A DNA stretch of 32,000 nt from Balneolaceae bacterium (GTDB lineage Bacteria; Bacteroidota; Rhodothermia; Balneolales; Balneolaceae). The position numbers and the translations under genes were made by a program. Shown piece by piece: positions 9,989-19,849 of the stretch; position 1 is the stretch's first letter, and every line of letters begins with the position of its first letter. Under the pieces are notes generated by a model. That model saw only the letters and a program-made list of their open reading frames with translations, had not been told where the DNA came from and searched no databases. The DNA lies in assembly GCA_965229525.1 (NCBI GenBank), contig OZ245886.1, forward strand, positions 1,968,882 through 2,000,881, written 5' to 3'.

Positions 9989-10081
9989 GCTAATTCCCAC
10001 CTTCACCCCAAATTCACATAGTTGTTCTTTATTGATTTCGGTTAAAACTCGTACATTCGAGCCATGAAACCGTTTTCATGA

Positions 10082-12235
10082 ATGAAAAAGAGTATTATGT
10101 CGAAAGAAGCAAAATCTAAATGGGAAGCAGCTGTAGAAAAAGCATTAAAGGGGAAGCCAGCTGAATCATTAAATAGAGTGAGTCCTGAAGGTGTAAATAT
10201 TCAGGCATTGTATGGTCAGGCTGATATTGAAGCCAGGGGAATAGAGGATGGGTATCCTGGTCAGTTTCCATTTAAGCGTGGACCATATCCAACCATGTAT
10301 ACTCAGAGACCATGGACGATTCGGCAATATGCAGGATTCTCAACGGCTGAGGAGTCAAATCAGTTTTATCGGGCGGCTTTAGAAAAAGGGCAGAAAGGAT
10401 TGAGTGTGGCATTCGATTTGGCCACTCACCGTGGTTTCGATTCCGACCATCCACGCGTTGTTGGTGATGTTGGAAAAGCAGGTGTAGCCATTGATTCTGT
10501 GGAAGACATGAAGATTCTATTTGATGGTATTCCATTAGATAAGATGTCAGTTTCGATGACGATGAATGGGGCGGTTATCCCAATTTTGGCTGCTTATATT
10601 GTAGCTGCGGAAGAGCAGGGAGTTGATCAGGATGCACTGAGTGGGACCATCCAGAATGATATTCTTAAGGAGTTCATGGTTCGGAATACATATATCTATC
10701 CTCCGCAAGAATCCATGCGTATTGTTTCAGACATCATAGAGTATGCAAGCAAGAATATGCCTCGGTTTAATACTATTTCAATATCTGGCTATCATATGCA
10801 AGAGGCTGGTGCTGATTCGGCTCTTGAGTTAGCATTCACTTTGGCTGATGGTTTAGAGTACGTGAAAGCAGCGACAGATCGAGGCTTAGATGTAGACGCA
10901 TTCGCTCCACGACTTTCCTTTTTCTTTGCGATAGGAATGAATTTCTTGATGGAAGTAAGTAAGCTTCGAGCCGCAAGAATGCTTTGGGCGGAATTAATGA
11001 AGGAGTATTTCGATCCAAAGAATCCAAAGTCAATGATGCTTCGAACGCACTGTCAGACTTCAGGTTGGTCGTTGACAGCACAAGACCCTTTAAATAATGT
11101 GATAAGAACTACCATCGAGGCGATGGCGGCAGTGTTAGGTGGTACCCAATCCTTACATACCAATAGTTACGATGAAGCGATCTCGCTACCAACAGAAACA
11201 TCCTCGCGAATTGCAAGAAATACGCAGACCATCATCCAGGAGGAAACAGATATCACACATACTGTTGATCCTTTGGGCGGTTCTTATGCTATCGAATCAA
11301 TGACACATGATTTAAAAGAACAAGCTCGTGAGATTATTAACGAGGTCTTCGAAATGGGAGGAATGGCAAAAGCTATCGAGCAGGGATATCCAAAAAGAAA
11401 AATAGAGGAAGCAGCTGCCATCAAACAGGCGGGTATAGATAAAGGTGATATTACCATCGTTGGTGTGAATAAATTCATCAATGAAAAAGAAGATCCGGTA
11501 GATATTTTGGATATCGATAATACCGAAGTTCGCATCAAACAAATTGCCCGATTGGATGAAATCAAGAATTCTCGCGACAATCATTCAGTGAAAGAGGCTT
11601 TAGAAGCTATTTACGAAGCCTCAAAATCAGGTGAGGGTAATTTATTAGATTTAGCTGTTGAAGCTACCCGTCGAAGAGCGTCGGTGGGTGAAATTTCCAG
11701 AGCAATGGAACGTGCATGGGGGCGTCATAAAGCAGACAATCAAACGATAAAAGGAGTGTACGAAAGCGTGTATAAAGACGACGAACATTATCAAGAAATC
11801 AAGCATAAAATCGAGGGTTTTGCTAATGAAGAAGGTCGTCGCCCAAGAATTCTTGTTGTAAAAATGGGGCAGGATGGTCACGATCGAGGAGCAAAAGTTG
11901 TTGCCACTGCCTTTGCAGATATGGGTTTTGATGTGGATGTTGGCCCATTGTTCTCTACTCCAGAAGAAGCTGCTAAACAAGCCATAGAAAATGATGTTCA
12001 CGTGATTGGAGTTTCAACACTTGCTGCTGGTCATAAAACATTGATTCCCGAGTTAATCAAGATTTTGAAGGCAGAAGAGGCCGAAGACATCATGATTGTT
12101 GCTGGTGGTGTAATACCGGTGCAGGACTACGAATTCCTTTATGATGCTGGAGTTAAGGCCATATTTGGGCCGGGTACGAACATCCCTAAAGCGGCGTCGG
12201 CTGTAATCGACGAAATTCGGGCGATGAACGTATGA
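10082..12235 (+). CDS. scpA: Methylmalonyl-CoA mutase, single-chain form (substrate barrel plus B12-binding domain)
   Basis: [35 protein letters not shown] and [21 protein letters not shown]. The Tyr in QYAGF and the Arg in MVRN are, as I recall, the residues that separate MCM from isobutyryl-CoA mutase. C-terminal B12 motif [13 protein letters not shown] (DxHxxG). Confidence 0.93.
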   Translation: MKKSIMSKEAKSKWEAAVEKALKGKPAESLNRVSPEGVNIQALYGQADIEARGIEDGYPGQFPFKRGPYPTMYTQRPWTIRQYAGFSTAEESNQFYRAALEKGQKGLSVAFDLATHRGFDSDHPRVVGDVGKAGVAIDSVEDMKILFDGIPLDKMSVSMTMNGAVIPILAAYIVAAEEQGVDQDALSGTIQNDILKEFMVRNTYIYPPQESMRIVSDIIEYASKNMPRFNTISISGYHMQEAGADSALELAFTLADGLEYVKAATDRGLDVDAFAPRLSFFFAIGMNFLMEVSKLRAARMLWAELMKEYFDPKNPKSMMLRTHCQTSGWSLTAQDPLNNVIRTTIEAMAAVLGGTQSLHTNSYDEAISLPTETSSRIARNTQTIIQEETDITHTVDPLGGSYAIESMTHDLKEQAREIINEVFEMGGMAKAIEQGYPKRKIEEAAAIKQAGIDKGDITIVGVNKFINEKEDPVDILDIDNTEVRIKQIARLDEIKNSRDNHSVKEALEAIYEASKSGEGNLLDLAVEATRRRASVGEISRAMERAWGRHKADNQTIKGVYESVYKDDEHYQEIKHKIEGFANEEGRRPRILVVKMGQDGHDRGAKVVATAFADMGFDVDVGPLFSTPEEAAKQAIENDVHVIGVSTLAAGHKTLIPELIKILKAEEAEDIMIVAGGVIPVQDYEFLYDAGVKAIFGPGTNIPKAASAVIDEIRAMNV

Positions 12236-13200
12236 CCATCGACCAACTGGCCGAAGGTATTCAGGAAGGAAAGAGAAGGTTCTTAGCCAAAGGTATTACA
12301 TTGGTTGAGAGTTCACGTGTTGAAGATCAACAAAAAGCCAGCGAATTAATTAGTGCACTTCCTCGAAAAAATGACACGTTCCGTGTAGGAATCTCTGGGG
12401 TGCCGGGAGTTGGAAAAAGCACGTTCATTGAAAGCCTGGGAAATTATTTAATTGAGAAAGGTCATCGAGTCGCAGTTTTGGCTGTTGATCCGAGTAGCCC
12501 GACTTCAGGTGGTAGTATATTAGGTGATAAGACTCGGATGGAAACTCTATCTTCAAGAGAAGAAGCTTTTATAAGACCATCGCCCACTGCAGGAACATTA
12601 GGGGGAGTCGCAAAACGAACTCGCGAATCCATTCGGCTCTGTGAAGCCGCGGGATATGATATTATTTTGGTTGAGACCGTAGGAGTTGGGCAAAGTGAAT
12701 ACGAAGTGGCCTCAATGGTAGATTGTTTTCTGGTTATGATGTTGCCGGGAGCCGGAGATTCACTTCAAGGAATAAAGAGGGGGATTCTAGAAATCACAGA
12801 TGTTCTTGTTATTAATAAAGCCGATGGTGAACAAAAAAAATTGGCTGATCTTGCCAAATCAGAATATGCGCATGCCTTTCACATGCTGGCGCCGAAATAT
12901 TCAGGTATTCAGGTTTCAATTTTGACAATGAGTGCACTTCAACAAAATGGAATTGATGAGGTATGGAAAGCAATTTTAACATTCCAAGACCAATTACAGA
13001 AGCATAAAATCTTTGAAACGAATCGAAATCGACAAGAATTAGGATGGTTTAAAAGGCTTGTTGAAGATGAAGTAATTCGTGGGATTTGGTCAGGAGAAGA
13101 AGCTGAACAAAGATGTAAAGGCCTGAATCAACAAATATTGAAGGGTAAAATAAGCCCCGCAGAGGCAGCGCAAAGGTTTTTGTCTTTCATAAACAAGTGA
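12232..13200 (+). CDS. meaB: Methylmalonyl-CoA mutase-associated G-protein chaperone MeaB/ArgK
   Basis: ATGA overlap with the mutase stop. P-loop [22 protein letters not shown] and NKADG (NKxD) motifs. Confidence 0.92.
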   Translation: MTIDQLAEGIQEGKRRFLAKGITLVESSRVEDQQKASELISALPRKNDTFRVGISGVPGVGKSTFIESLGNYLIEKGHRVAVLAVDPSSPTSGGSILGDKTRMETLSSREEAFIRPSPTAGTLGGVAKRTRESIRLCEAAGYDIILVETVGVGQSEYEVASMVDCFLVMMLPGAGDSLQGIKRGILEITDVLVINKADGEQKKLADLAKSEYAHAFHMLAPKYSGIQVSILTMSALQQNGIDEVWKAILTFQDQLQKHKIFETNRNRQELGWFKRLVEDEVIRGIWSGEEAEQRCKGLNQQILKGKISPAEAAQRFLSFINK

Positions 13201-13318
13201 AAGCAAGAGTAGTAAAGTGAAATAATAATTTTTTCAATAATCGGACTTTTTAGTAGTAAAAAAGCGCTTACAATTGTATATTCGCTACGCTCAAAAAAAG
13301 AGAATCTCGAAATAAGTA

Positions 13319-14482
13319 ATGAATCAAATAGAAAACTTTATTCCCCCTTTATCGCAGCTCACAGAAGATGAGCAAATGCTGAGAGACGCAGCTGCGGATT
13401 TTGCCAAGAGTTCGATTGCTCCTTTAGTGCATGAAATGGATGCAGAAGCCAAATTAAACCCAGGCTTAGTAAAAGAATTTTTTGAAATGGGATTAATGGG
13501 GATTGACATCCCAGAACAGTATGCCGGTGCCGGTGGTACTTTTATGATGAGTATTGTGGCTATCGAGCAAATTTCAAAAGTTGATGCATCAGCAGGTGTA
13601 TTTATGGATGTGCAAAATACATTGGTAAATAATGCTTTCATCAATTTTGGTTCAGATTTTCTAAAAGAGAAATATTTGCCGCAATTAGCTACTGAGAAAG
13701 TCGGTGCTTATTGTTTATCGGAAGCAGGTTCAGGTAGCGATGCATTTGCATTAAAATGTTCAGCCAAAGAAATGGATGATCATTTTGTTTTGAATGGTGC
13801 CAAGCTATGGATTACCAATGCAAATGAAGCGGATATCTTTCTGGTATTTGCAAACGTGAATCCAGAATTAGGATACAAAGGAATTACTGCTTTTGTGGTT
13901 GAACGAGGATTTGAAGGATTCTCTGTTTCGAAGAAAGAAGACAAAATGGGAATAAGGGCAAGTTCAACGTGCGAAATTTTACTTGAAGATTGTAAAGTGC
14001 CTAAAGACAATATTCTTGGTGAATATGGGAAAGGATATAAGGTTGCTATTGAAACACTAAATGAAGGTCGTATAGGTATTGGTGCACAAATGGTGGGTAT
14101 TGCTCAGGGCGCTTTTGATGCAGCACTCGATTACATTAAGCAGAGAAAACAGTTTGGGAAAACTCTAAGCGAGTTTCAGGGGGTTCAGTTTCAGTTAGCG
14201 AGAATGGCAACAGATATAGAGACTGCACGACTTTTAGTTTACAACGCTGCCAGAATGAAAATGGCAGGTCAGGCATTTTTAAAAGAAGCCGCAATGGCGA
14301 AGTTCTATTCTTCGGAAGTGGCTGAACGCGTGAGTTCGATGGCCATCGATTTATTTGGTGGCAATGGATACGTGAAAGAATATCCTGTTGAGAAGTTTTA
14401 CCGTGATGCAAAGATCGGTAAAATTTACGAGGGTACGACGAACATGCAGCTAAGCACTATTGCTAAGTTGCTACTTCGATGA
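13319..14482 (+). CDS. Acyl-CoA dehydrogenase (short- or branched-chain type)
   Basis: GAYCLSEAGSGSDA, GAKLWITNA, GIAQGAFDAAL and the C-terminal KIYEGTTNMQ, which contains the expected catalytic Glu. Confidence 0.9.
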   Translation: MNQIENFIPPLSQLTEDEQMLRDAAADFAKSSIAPLVHEMDAEAKLNPGLVKEFFEMGLMGIDIPEQYAGAGGTFMMSIVAIEQISKVDASAGVFMDVQNTLVNNAFINFGSDFLKEKYLPQLATEKVGAYCLSEAGSGSDAFALKCSAKEMDDHFVLNGAKLWITNANEADIFLVFANVNPELGYKGITAFVVERGFEGFSVSKKEDKMGIRASSTCEILLEDCKVPKDNILGEYGKGYKVAIETLNEGRIGIGAQMVGIAQGAFDAALDYIKQRKQFGKTLSEFQGVQFQLARMATDIETARLLVYNAARMKMAGQAFLKEAAMAKFYSSEVAERVSSMAIDLFGGNGYVKEYPVEKFYRDAKIGKIYEGTTNMQLSTIAKLLLR

Positions 14483-14492
14483 GTGAGTGAGG

Positions 14493-14520
14493 AAAGGGGA
14501 ACTTCGGTTCCCCTTTTTTA
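14493..14520. terminator. Bidirectional rho-independent terminator between convergent genes
   Basis: Perfect 10-bp stem aaaggggaac / gttccccttt (14493-14502 with 14507-14516) and a ttcg loop. An A-run precedes it and a T-run follows. It lies between the stops at 14482 (+) and 14522 (-). Confidence 0.85.
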
Positions 14521-14521
14521 T

Positions 14522-15268
14522 TTAGAGTGATTTCGCACATCTAAATCCGATATCCGTGGCTTTTACATCATGTAAAGTTCCTACTCGCCAATAGGTTCTG
14601 GTAGCCATTTCTTCTTCTCCAAAACTCCCGCCACGTATAATGCGAATTCCATCACCTTCATGATCATGCTTCATATCCGGCTCGCTATAAAATTGATAGA
14701 ATTCACCAATCCACTCAAAAACATTTCCGCTCATATCGTACAGACCAAGATCATTTGGGCGTTTAGTGCCTACAATAAAACTGAAGTTAATTCCCGAACT
14801 TCTGATGATTGCATAATCTTTTATGAAATCTAAGTTTGTAGTTCCGGCAATAACCTGATCTTTCCCACCGGATCTTGCAGCATACTCCCATTCGGCCTCT
14901 GTTGGTAATCGATAACCAAGACTCTTGCAAAAGGCTAAAGCATCATCCCAGGTGAGATTTACGACAGCTCTATTTTCTCTTCCATAATTGTCATCATCCG
15001 GGAGTTCTCGCCTCGTTTCCAGTGCAAATTGATCATATTGTTCAAAGGTAACTTCATACTTTCCAATCAAGAATGGTGATATAATTACTTCATGCCTTGG
15101 AAGCGCATCTGAATTCGAGTTTTCGTAAAAATCTCCAATTACAAGAGTACCCCCCTTAACCTCAACCATTTCAGGGGTATATTTTTTTACTGTTTTTTGA
15201 AAATGAAAGCAGCTAGAAAATATTATAATTATTAGGTATACGAGAATAATTGAAACACGATTTCTCAT
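14522..15268 (-). CDS. SUMF1/formylglycine-generating-enzyme-fold protein, probably a lipoprotein and non-catalytic
   Basis: VVNLTWDDALAFCKSLGYRLPTEAEWEYAARSGG, GLYDMSGNVFEWIGEF, RIIRGGSF and DIGFRCAKS. N-terminal anchor with FSSC. The paired active-site cysteines of genuine FGE are not evident after RGGSF. Confidence 0.85.
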   Translation of the reverse strand: MRNRVSIILVYLIIIIFSSCFHFQKTVKKYTPEMVEVKGGTLVIGDFYENSNSDALPRHEVIISPFLIGKYEVTFEQYDQFALETRRELPDDDNYGRENRAVVNLTWDDALAFCKSLGYRLPTEAEWEYAARSGGKDQVIAGTTNLDFIKDYAIIRSSGINFSFIVGTKRPNDLGLYDMSGNVFEWIGEFYQFYSEPDMKHDHEGDGIRIIRGGSFGEEEMATRTYWRVGTLHDVKATDIGFRCAKSL

Positions 15269-15369
15269 TAAATGAGATAAAGATTTAGAAATTTAGAATT
15301 TCATGGAATGATAAGTACATTCCTAAAGTTTTTATGAGATAAAGATGGATTACTAACAAATTTGTATCA

Positions 15370-16251
15370 ATGAGTAACGAAGAAAAACAGATTGTTGAGC
15401 AGCTTAAAGAGTATGCGAAGGATGCTGATTCTTTTAATAAGCTAGAAGAGACTTTTCGTGGGTTATATGCCAAGTACGCTCAGGCTAGTTCACATGTAGA
15501 TTTGCTAGAAAGTGCTATCAGAAATGACTATGATTCAATTCTGATCACTGAGTTAAGCCTTGAAAAACCTGGTCCAAAAATTGTATATGTGAACGATGGA
15601 TTCACAAGGATGACAGGATACACAAAAGAAGAAGCGATTGGTAAAACACCAAGAATGTTACAAGGACCTAAAACGGATCGAGCCATTTTAGATCGCCTTA
15701 AAAGACGTTTAATTGAGGGACAAGCATTCTTTGGGCATACCATTAATTATAGAAAAGATGGTACAGAATTCATTAACCAATGGGATATTCATCCACTAAT
15801 AAATGCAGACGGAGAAGTTACACATTGGGTTTCTTATCAACGTGATGTAACAGAAAAGAAAGAAACAGCGAAAGCAATCTTTAATACCGATTTTGATGAA
15901 TTGCTAAAGCGAAGAGAAGAATTCACCCTCAAGTTTGGATTGTCAGATTCTGATAGCTCCATAGAGTGTAAATTTGTTACAGAGGCTTTTGAAGAAATTA
16001 CAGGTCTTAATAAAGACATATTATTTGAAGCAGGGTTCGAAGCAGTGGTACATGATGACGACATTGAATTAATTACAAATTCGCTAGAAAAAGCATTTAA
16101 AGGCGAAGCATCTGCAGAAACTTGCCGATATTTGACTACATCTGGTGATTATGTAGATATGATTCAATCATTCAAACCAATTTGGGACGACGCGCAAACT
16201 AAAGTTAAACATGTACGATCTGTTGTTAAGCTTGAGTTAAAAGAATCGTAA
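15370..16251 (+). CDS. Stand-alone tandem PAS-domain protein; the first PAS is LOV-like but lacks the adduct-forming Cys
   Basis: PAS-1: IVYVNDGFTRMTGYTKEEAIGKTPRMLQGPKTD...INYRKDGTEFINQWDIHPL...HWVSYQRDVTEKK. PAS-2: IECKFVTEAFEEITGLNKD...YLTTSGDYVDMIQSFKPIWD. No output domain. Confidence 0.8.
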   Translation: MSNEEKQIVEQLKEYAKDADSFNKLEETFRGLYAKYAQASSHVDLLESAIRNDYDSILITELSLEKPGPKIVYVNDGFTRMTGYTKEEAIGKTPRMLQGPKTDRAILDRLKRRLIEGQAFFGHTINYRKDGTEFINQWDIHPLINADGEVTHWVSYQRDVTEKKETAKAIFNTDFDELLKRREEFTLKFGLSDSDSSIECKFVTEAFEEITGLNKDILFEAGFEAVVHDDDIELITNSLEKAFKGEASAETCRYLTTSGDYVDMIQSFKPIWDDAQTKVKHVRSVVKLELKES

Positions 16252-16277
16252 TACAAGAACTAAATTTATACTCTTGG

Positions 16278-16303
16278 AAGCTCACATAGGTGGGCTTTTT
16301 TTG
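16278..16303 (+). terminator. Rho-independent terminator after the PAS gene
   Basis: Stem aagctcac / gtgggctt (16278-16285 with 16290-16297, one G.U pair), loop atag, then a T-run at 16296-16302. Confidence 0.7.
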
Positions 16304-16339
16304 TTTCTTGCAAACAATAATCTGCCTATTATTTTCAGT

Positions 16340-16765
16340 ATGAATATTCAGGATATCCAAACACGAATTATCAAAGAATTCAGTCTTTTCGAAGACTGGA
16401 CCGACAAGTATAAATACATCATTAAATTAGGATCAAAATTAGATGACCTGCCTGAGGAGGACCACATCGACCAACATTTGGTAAAAGGATGCCAAAGTCA
16501 GGTTTGGCTTACTGCCAATATGGAAGGTGATAAACTGATATTTAAGGCGGACAGTGACGCTGCTATAACCAAAGGGTTAGTGGCACTCATGATTCGAATC
16601 TATTCGAATCAAACTCCGGATGATATTCTGCAGAATAATCCTGATTTTTTAAAAAAAATTGGTTTGGCAGAACATCTGTCACCAACCAGGGCAAACGGTT
16701 TGGCTAGCATGGTGAAGCAAATGAAGATTTATGCCATGGCGTTCAAATCAAAATTAACAACATAG
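16340..16765 (+). CDS. sufE: SufE-family sulfur acceptor protein
   Basis: FEDWTDKYKYIIKLG and the hallmark VKGCQSQVWL (active Cys). I place the start at ATG 16340, because the TTG 16274 in the ORF track lies inside the upstream terminator hairpin. Confidence 0.85.
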   Translation: MNIQDIQTRIIKEFSLFEDWTDKYKYIIKLGSKLDDLPEEDHIDQHLVKGCQSQVWLTANMEGDKLIFKADSDAAITKGLVALMIRIYSNQTPDDILQNNPDFLKKIGLAEHLSPTRANGLASMVKQMKIYAMAFKSKLTT

Positions 16766-16797
16766 TTGTCTCATTGTAGATAATTTCTTATCCATAG

Positions 16798-18639
16798 TTG
16801 CGCATGGATCATAAATTTTCACTTACAGGAATTGGTGCCGTTCAAAAAGAGCGAAAGTTCTTTGTTGACCCATTGGAAGAAATTCAGCAACCGGGAATCA
16901 AAATAATGAACCGGGTTTCATTCTTCCTATTACTTGTGTGCGTGTTATTTTTGATTCCCTTCTATTTCAACGACAGCGTTTCTTTAACCTGGTTTTTCCT
17001 TTCAGAAGCTTTAGCATTTGGGTTGATCCCGGTTCTTGCCCGACAAGGATATGTGAACACCGCAAAAATGCTACATATCATTTATATAGATATTGGCATT
17101 GTCATTCTTAGTTCTGTTTTTGGAAGTCAGGCTTTAATTCAGGCATTCTTTATACCCACAATGGGTTTGTCGATTCTTCTTTTTGATGGGAAAAACATCA
17201 GATTAAGAAATGTGTCAATCATTATATCTATTCTCTCATATTTCATTCTTGATTATATCATTTTCGACCAGGTGTATATTTCTGAAAATGGATTTTCAAT
17301 CATCAGGTGGAGTGTTCTTACGGCCGCATTTGTAACTACCTGGTTGATCTTCAATACATTCTCAGAATTTAAAGAGAGTGCCGAAAGTAAAACCAATGAG
17401 TTGCTTGACAAGGAAATTGAGCTAAACCGAGAATTAAGTATCAACCAAAAGAAATTAGAACGATACATTTCTGAATTGGAGGATACACGAATACAATTAG
17501 AACAAAGTACTAAGGCGAAATCGGAATTTTTGGCTACCATGAGTCACGAAATCAGAACCCCGATGAACGCCATTATGGGGATGACACATCTGCTACAGAA
17601 AGACGAACCAAGAGATGATCAACTTGAACCATTAAATATCCTCGATTTTTCTGGCAAGACACTTCTTACTTTAATTGATGATGTTCTCGATTTTTCGAAA
17701 ATAGAGGCGGGCCGACTGGAATTCGAAAAAACCGAATTTGACCTTGAACGACTGTTAGGTACCATCATAGAAACATTTAAAGTGATGGCTATGAACAAAA
17801 ACGTTGACTTGCAAAGTAACGTAGAGGAAGGTATTCACAACATTTTAATAGGAGATCCGGCACGATTAACCCAGATCATCAACAATCTACTTAGCAATGC
17901 TCTTAAATTTACAGAAACTGGTTATGTTAAATTAGGTGTAAAAAAATTGGGTGAAACTGAGAATGAAATTAACCTTCAATTTTCAGTAGAAGATACCGGT
18001 ATCGGAATACCAGAAGATCGTGTAGAAACAATTTTCGAAAGCTTTACCCAGGCTAGCGGGAGCACTAAGCGATTATACGGTGGTACAGGGTTAGGACTTA
18101 CAATCAGTAAGCAATTAACAGAACTACAAGGGGGGGCACTTCAATTAGAAAGTGAAGTTGGAAAGGGAACCACCTTTTTTGTTGATTTAACGTTTGAAAA
18201 AGGTGAATCGACGCAAGTTGAAACTAAAGCTGATATTTCGGCAGAATCCGAAGAAGAAAAACTTAGGGGCATTAGAGTTTTGCTTGCAGAAGACAATATT
18301 GTGAATCAAAAAGTGATGAATAGATTCTTAGAACGTTGGGAGATACATTTATCTATTGTTGAAAATGGAGAAGAAGCTGTTGAATTGGTCAAGAAGGAAG
18401 ATTTCGACCTGGTGTTGATGGATCTTCAAATGCCAATTATGGATGGGTATGAAGCGACAGCTGCTATTCGAAAATTGAAAGACGAAACTAAAAAAGATAT
18501 TCCAATTATTGCGTTGACCGCCGCAGCATTGAAGGAAGTAAAAGAAGAGGTGTATGCTTCGGGTATGAACGATTTCGTTACCAAACCATTCAACCCTGTC
18601 GAATTACGAAATAAAATGGCAGCTCACGTTAGCTCCTAG
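16798..18639 (+). CDS. Hybrid sensor histidine kinase / response regulator with a polytopic membrane N-terminus
   Basis: Five to six TM helices and a coiled coil. H-box SEFLATMSHEIRTPMNAIMGM, N-box LLSNALKFT, G-boxes DTGIGI and GGTGLGL. Receiver domain RVLLAEDN...DLVLMDLQMPIMDG...ALTA...TKPF. Start is uncertain: TTG 16798, ATG 16804 or ATG 16906. Confidence 0.9.
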   Translation: MRMDHKFSLTGIGAVQKERKFFVDPLEEIQQPGIKIMNRVSFFLLLVCVLFLIPFYFNDSVSLTWFFLSEALAFGLIPVLARQGYVNTAKMLHIIYIDIGIVILSSVFGSQALIQAFFIPTMGLSILLFDGKNIRLRNVSIIISILSYFILDYIIFDQVYISENGFSIIRWSVLTAAFVTTWLIFNTFSEFKESAESKTNELLDKEIELNRELSINQKKLERYISELEDTRIQLEQSTKAKSEFLATMSHEIRTPMNAIMGMTHLLQKDEPRDDQLEPLNILDFSGKTLLTLIDDVLDFSKIEAGRLEFEKTEFDLERLLGTIIETFKVMAMNKNVDLQSNVEEGIHNILIGDPARLTQIINNLLSNALKFTETGYVKLGVKKLGETENEINLQFSVEDTGIGIPEDRVETIFESFTQASGSTKRLYGGTGLGLTISKQLTELQGGALQLESEVGKGTTFFVDLTFEKGESTQVETKADISAESEEEKLRGIRVLLAEDNIVNQKVMNRFLERWEIHLSIVENGEEAVELVKKEDFDLVLMDLQMPIMDGYEATAAIRKLKDETKKDIPIIALTAAALKEVKEEVYASGMNDFVTKPFNPVELRNKMAAHVSS

Positions 18640-19049
18640 CTCTGCTTTTTTAAAAAATACGTGGTATATCCAGGTGGCAAGTCGGTTATTTCTCCGCAGA
18701 TTTGATACCCCAATTTTTGATAAAATACAGGTGCTTGAAAACTAGCCGTACTTAAATGATAGGAATAGATGTCTTTTTTGTGAGCTTCCTTTTCAATTGC
18801 ACTCATTAGTTTCAAGCCTATTCCTTTTCCCCTGTAATCAGGATGTACCCATAGTAAGTCAATATACAGCCAGTTCCAGGCAAAATTCCCATATATCCCA
18901 CCAATTAATTCTCCAGTCGGGTCCTCTACAGTGATGTAGCTAGAATCATAACTAAACTCTCCTGCTATATTTTGATTGAAAGCTCTTAGAGCTGCTCGAA
19001 GTTTATCAACTTCTAAATGATCCGGATTTTCATGAGTTGTAAATATCAT
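18636..19049 (-). CDS. GNAT-family N-acetyltransferase
   Basis: Motif A WVHPDYRGKGIGLKLMSAIEKEA. I place the start at ATG 19049-19047 (MIFTTHENPD), because the longer track ORF to 19148 is hydrophobic and overlaps the start of the next gene. Confidence 0.8.
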   Translation of the reverse strand: MIFTTHENPDHLEVDKLRAALRAFNQNIAGEFSYDSSYITVEDPTGELIGGIYGNFAWNWLYIDLLWVHPDYRGKGIGLKLMSAIEKEAHKKDIYSYHLSTASFQAPVFYQKLGYQICGEITDLPPGYTTYFLKKQS

Positions 19050-19134
19050 TCTAAAAACGTTGATTTGATTTGTCCCATTAGGAAAAGGTGATTTGTCATT
19101 ATGATGAACAACAATACTAATCAATGAAAGAACT

Positions 19135-19476
19135 ATGAAAAAATACATGTTAATATTAATGGATAATACAGACAGTTATTCCGAAATGACTCAACAGGAT
19201 TATCAAAATGAGATTGAACTCCATGGAAAGTGGATCCAGGAACTTGGCGACCGTTATGATTCTGGTGAAGCTTTAGAAGAAGACACTAAAATTATTAAGG
19301 GGAAAGAGCTGGTTGTAACGGATGGTCCTTTTATAGAGTCTAAGGAGTTAGTAGGTGGTTTTTACATACTTCGAGCACATAGTTTGGAAGAAGCCACAGA
19401 ACTTGCAAAAGGATGTCCAACGTTACGACTTGGAGGAAGGGTTGAAGTTCGGCCGGTAATGCATTTAGAAATGTAA
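19135..19476 (+). CDS. YciI-like / DGPF-domain protein (paralogue 1)
   Basis: MKKYMLIL..., VTDGPFIESKELVGGFYIL and GGRVEVRPVM. The DGPF motif and ~113-aa size are typical of the family. Confidence 0.85.
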   Translation: MKKYMLILMDNTDSYSEMTQQDYQNEIELHGKWIQELGDRYDSGEALEEDTKIIKGKELVVTDGPFIESKELVGGFYILRAHSLEEATELAKGCPTLRLGGRVEVRPVMHLEM

Positions 19477-19507
19477 ACTAAATAACGTCTATACTAACAA
19501 AGAAACT

Positions 19508-19849
19508 ATGAAGAAATACATGCTAATTTTATTTGAGTCTGGTGAAAGTTATGCTACCATGAGCCCAGAAGATTACCAGAAAGAAATAGAAGCACACAGT
19601 ATTTGGATCCAGAAGTTAGGTGATCACTATGATTCTGGGGAACCATTAGAACGAGGAGCAACCTCTGTTAGGGGTGTTAATAAACTTGTTACCGATGGTC
19701 CATACATAGAATCGAAGGAATTAGTGAGTGGATTCTACATCCTCAACGCAAATAGTCTGGAGCAAGCAACTGAGCTATCAAAAGGTTGTCCAATCCTTCG
19801 ATTGGGTGGATCATTGGAAGTTCGTCCAATTATGCATATATCCATGTAG
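19508..19849 (+). CDS. YciI-like / DGPF-domain protein (paralogue 2)
   Basis: 73 of 113 residues are identical to paralogue 1 in my hand alignment. VTDGPYIESKELVSGFYIL. The TAG stop is immediately followed by the ATG of the sigma gene. Confidence 0.85.
   Translation: MKKYMLILFESGESYATMSPEDYQKEIEAHSIWIQKLGDHYDSGEPLERGATSVRGVNKLVTDGPYIESKELVSGFYILNANSLEQATELSKGCPILRLGGSLEVRPIMHISM

Noticed and set aside
9989-10081. Possible cobalamin riboswitch or regulatory leader upstream of the B12-dependent mutase
   Set aside because: The leader is only 93 nt, too short for a cobalamin riboswitch, and I saw no B12-box-like sequence. It does contain a 7-bp hairpin (catgaaa ccgt tttcatg, 10063-10080) ending 1 nt before the ATG. 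A hairpin that small and AT-rich is weak evidence for anything.
14522-15268. Genuine formylglycine-generating enzyme, or a GldJ/GldK gliding lipoprotein
   Set aside because: The SUMF1 fold motifs are present, but the paired catalytic cysteines are not visible after RGGSF and no sulfatase gene is nearby. At 248 aa it is much shorter than GldJ or GldK, so it is called only at the fold level.
16274-16339. N-terminal extension of SufE from TTG 16274
   Set aside because: The extension overlaps the terminator hairpin and T-run of the upstream gene. It adds a hydrophobic peptide that cytoplasmic SufE proteins would not be expected to carry, and ATG 16340 gives a typical SufE N-terminus.
19050-19148. 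N-terminal extension of the GNAT ORF
   Set aside because: The extension overlaps the start of the divergent DGPF gene and is hydrophobic filler. ATG 19049 yields a normal GNAT of ~137 aa.
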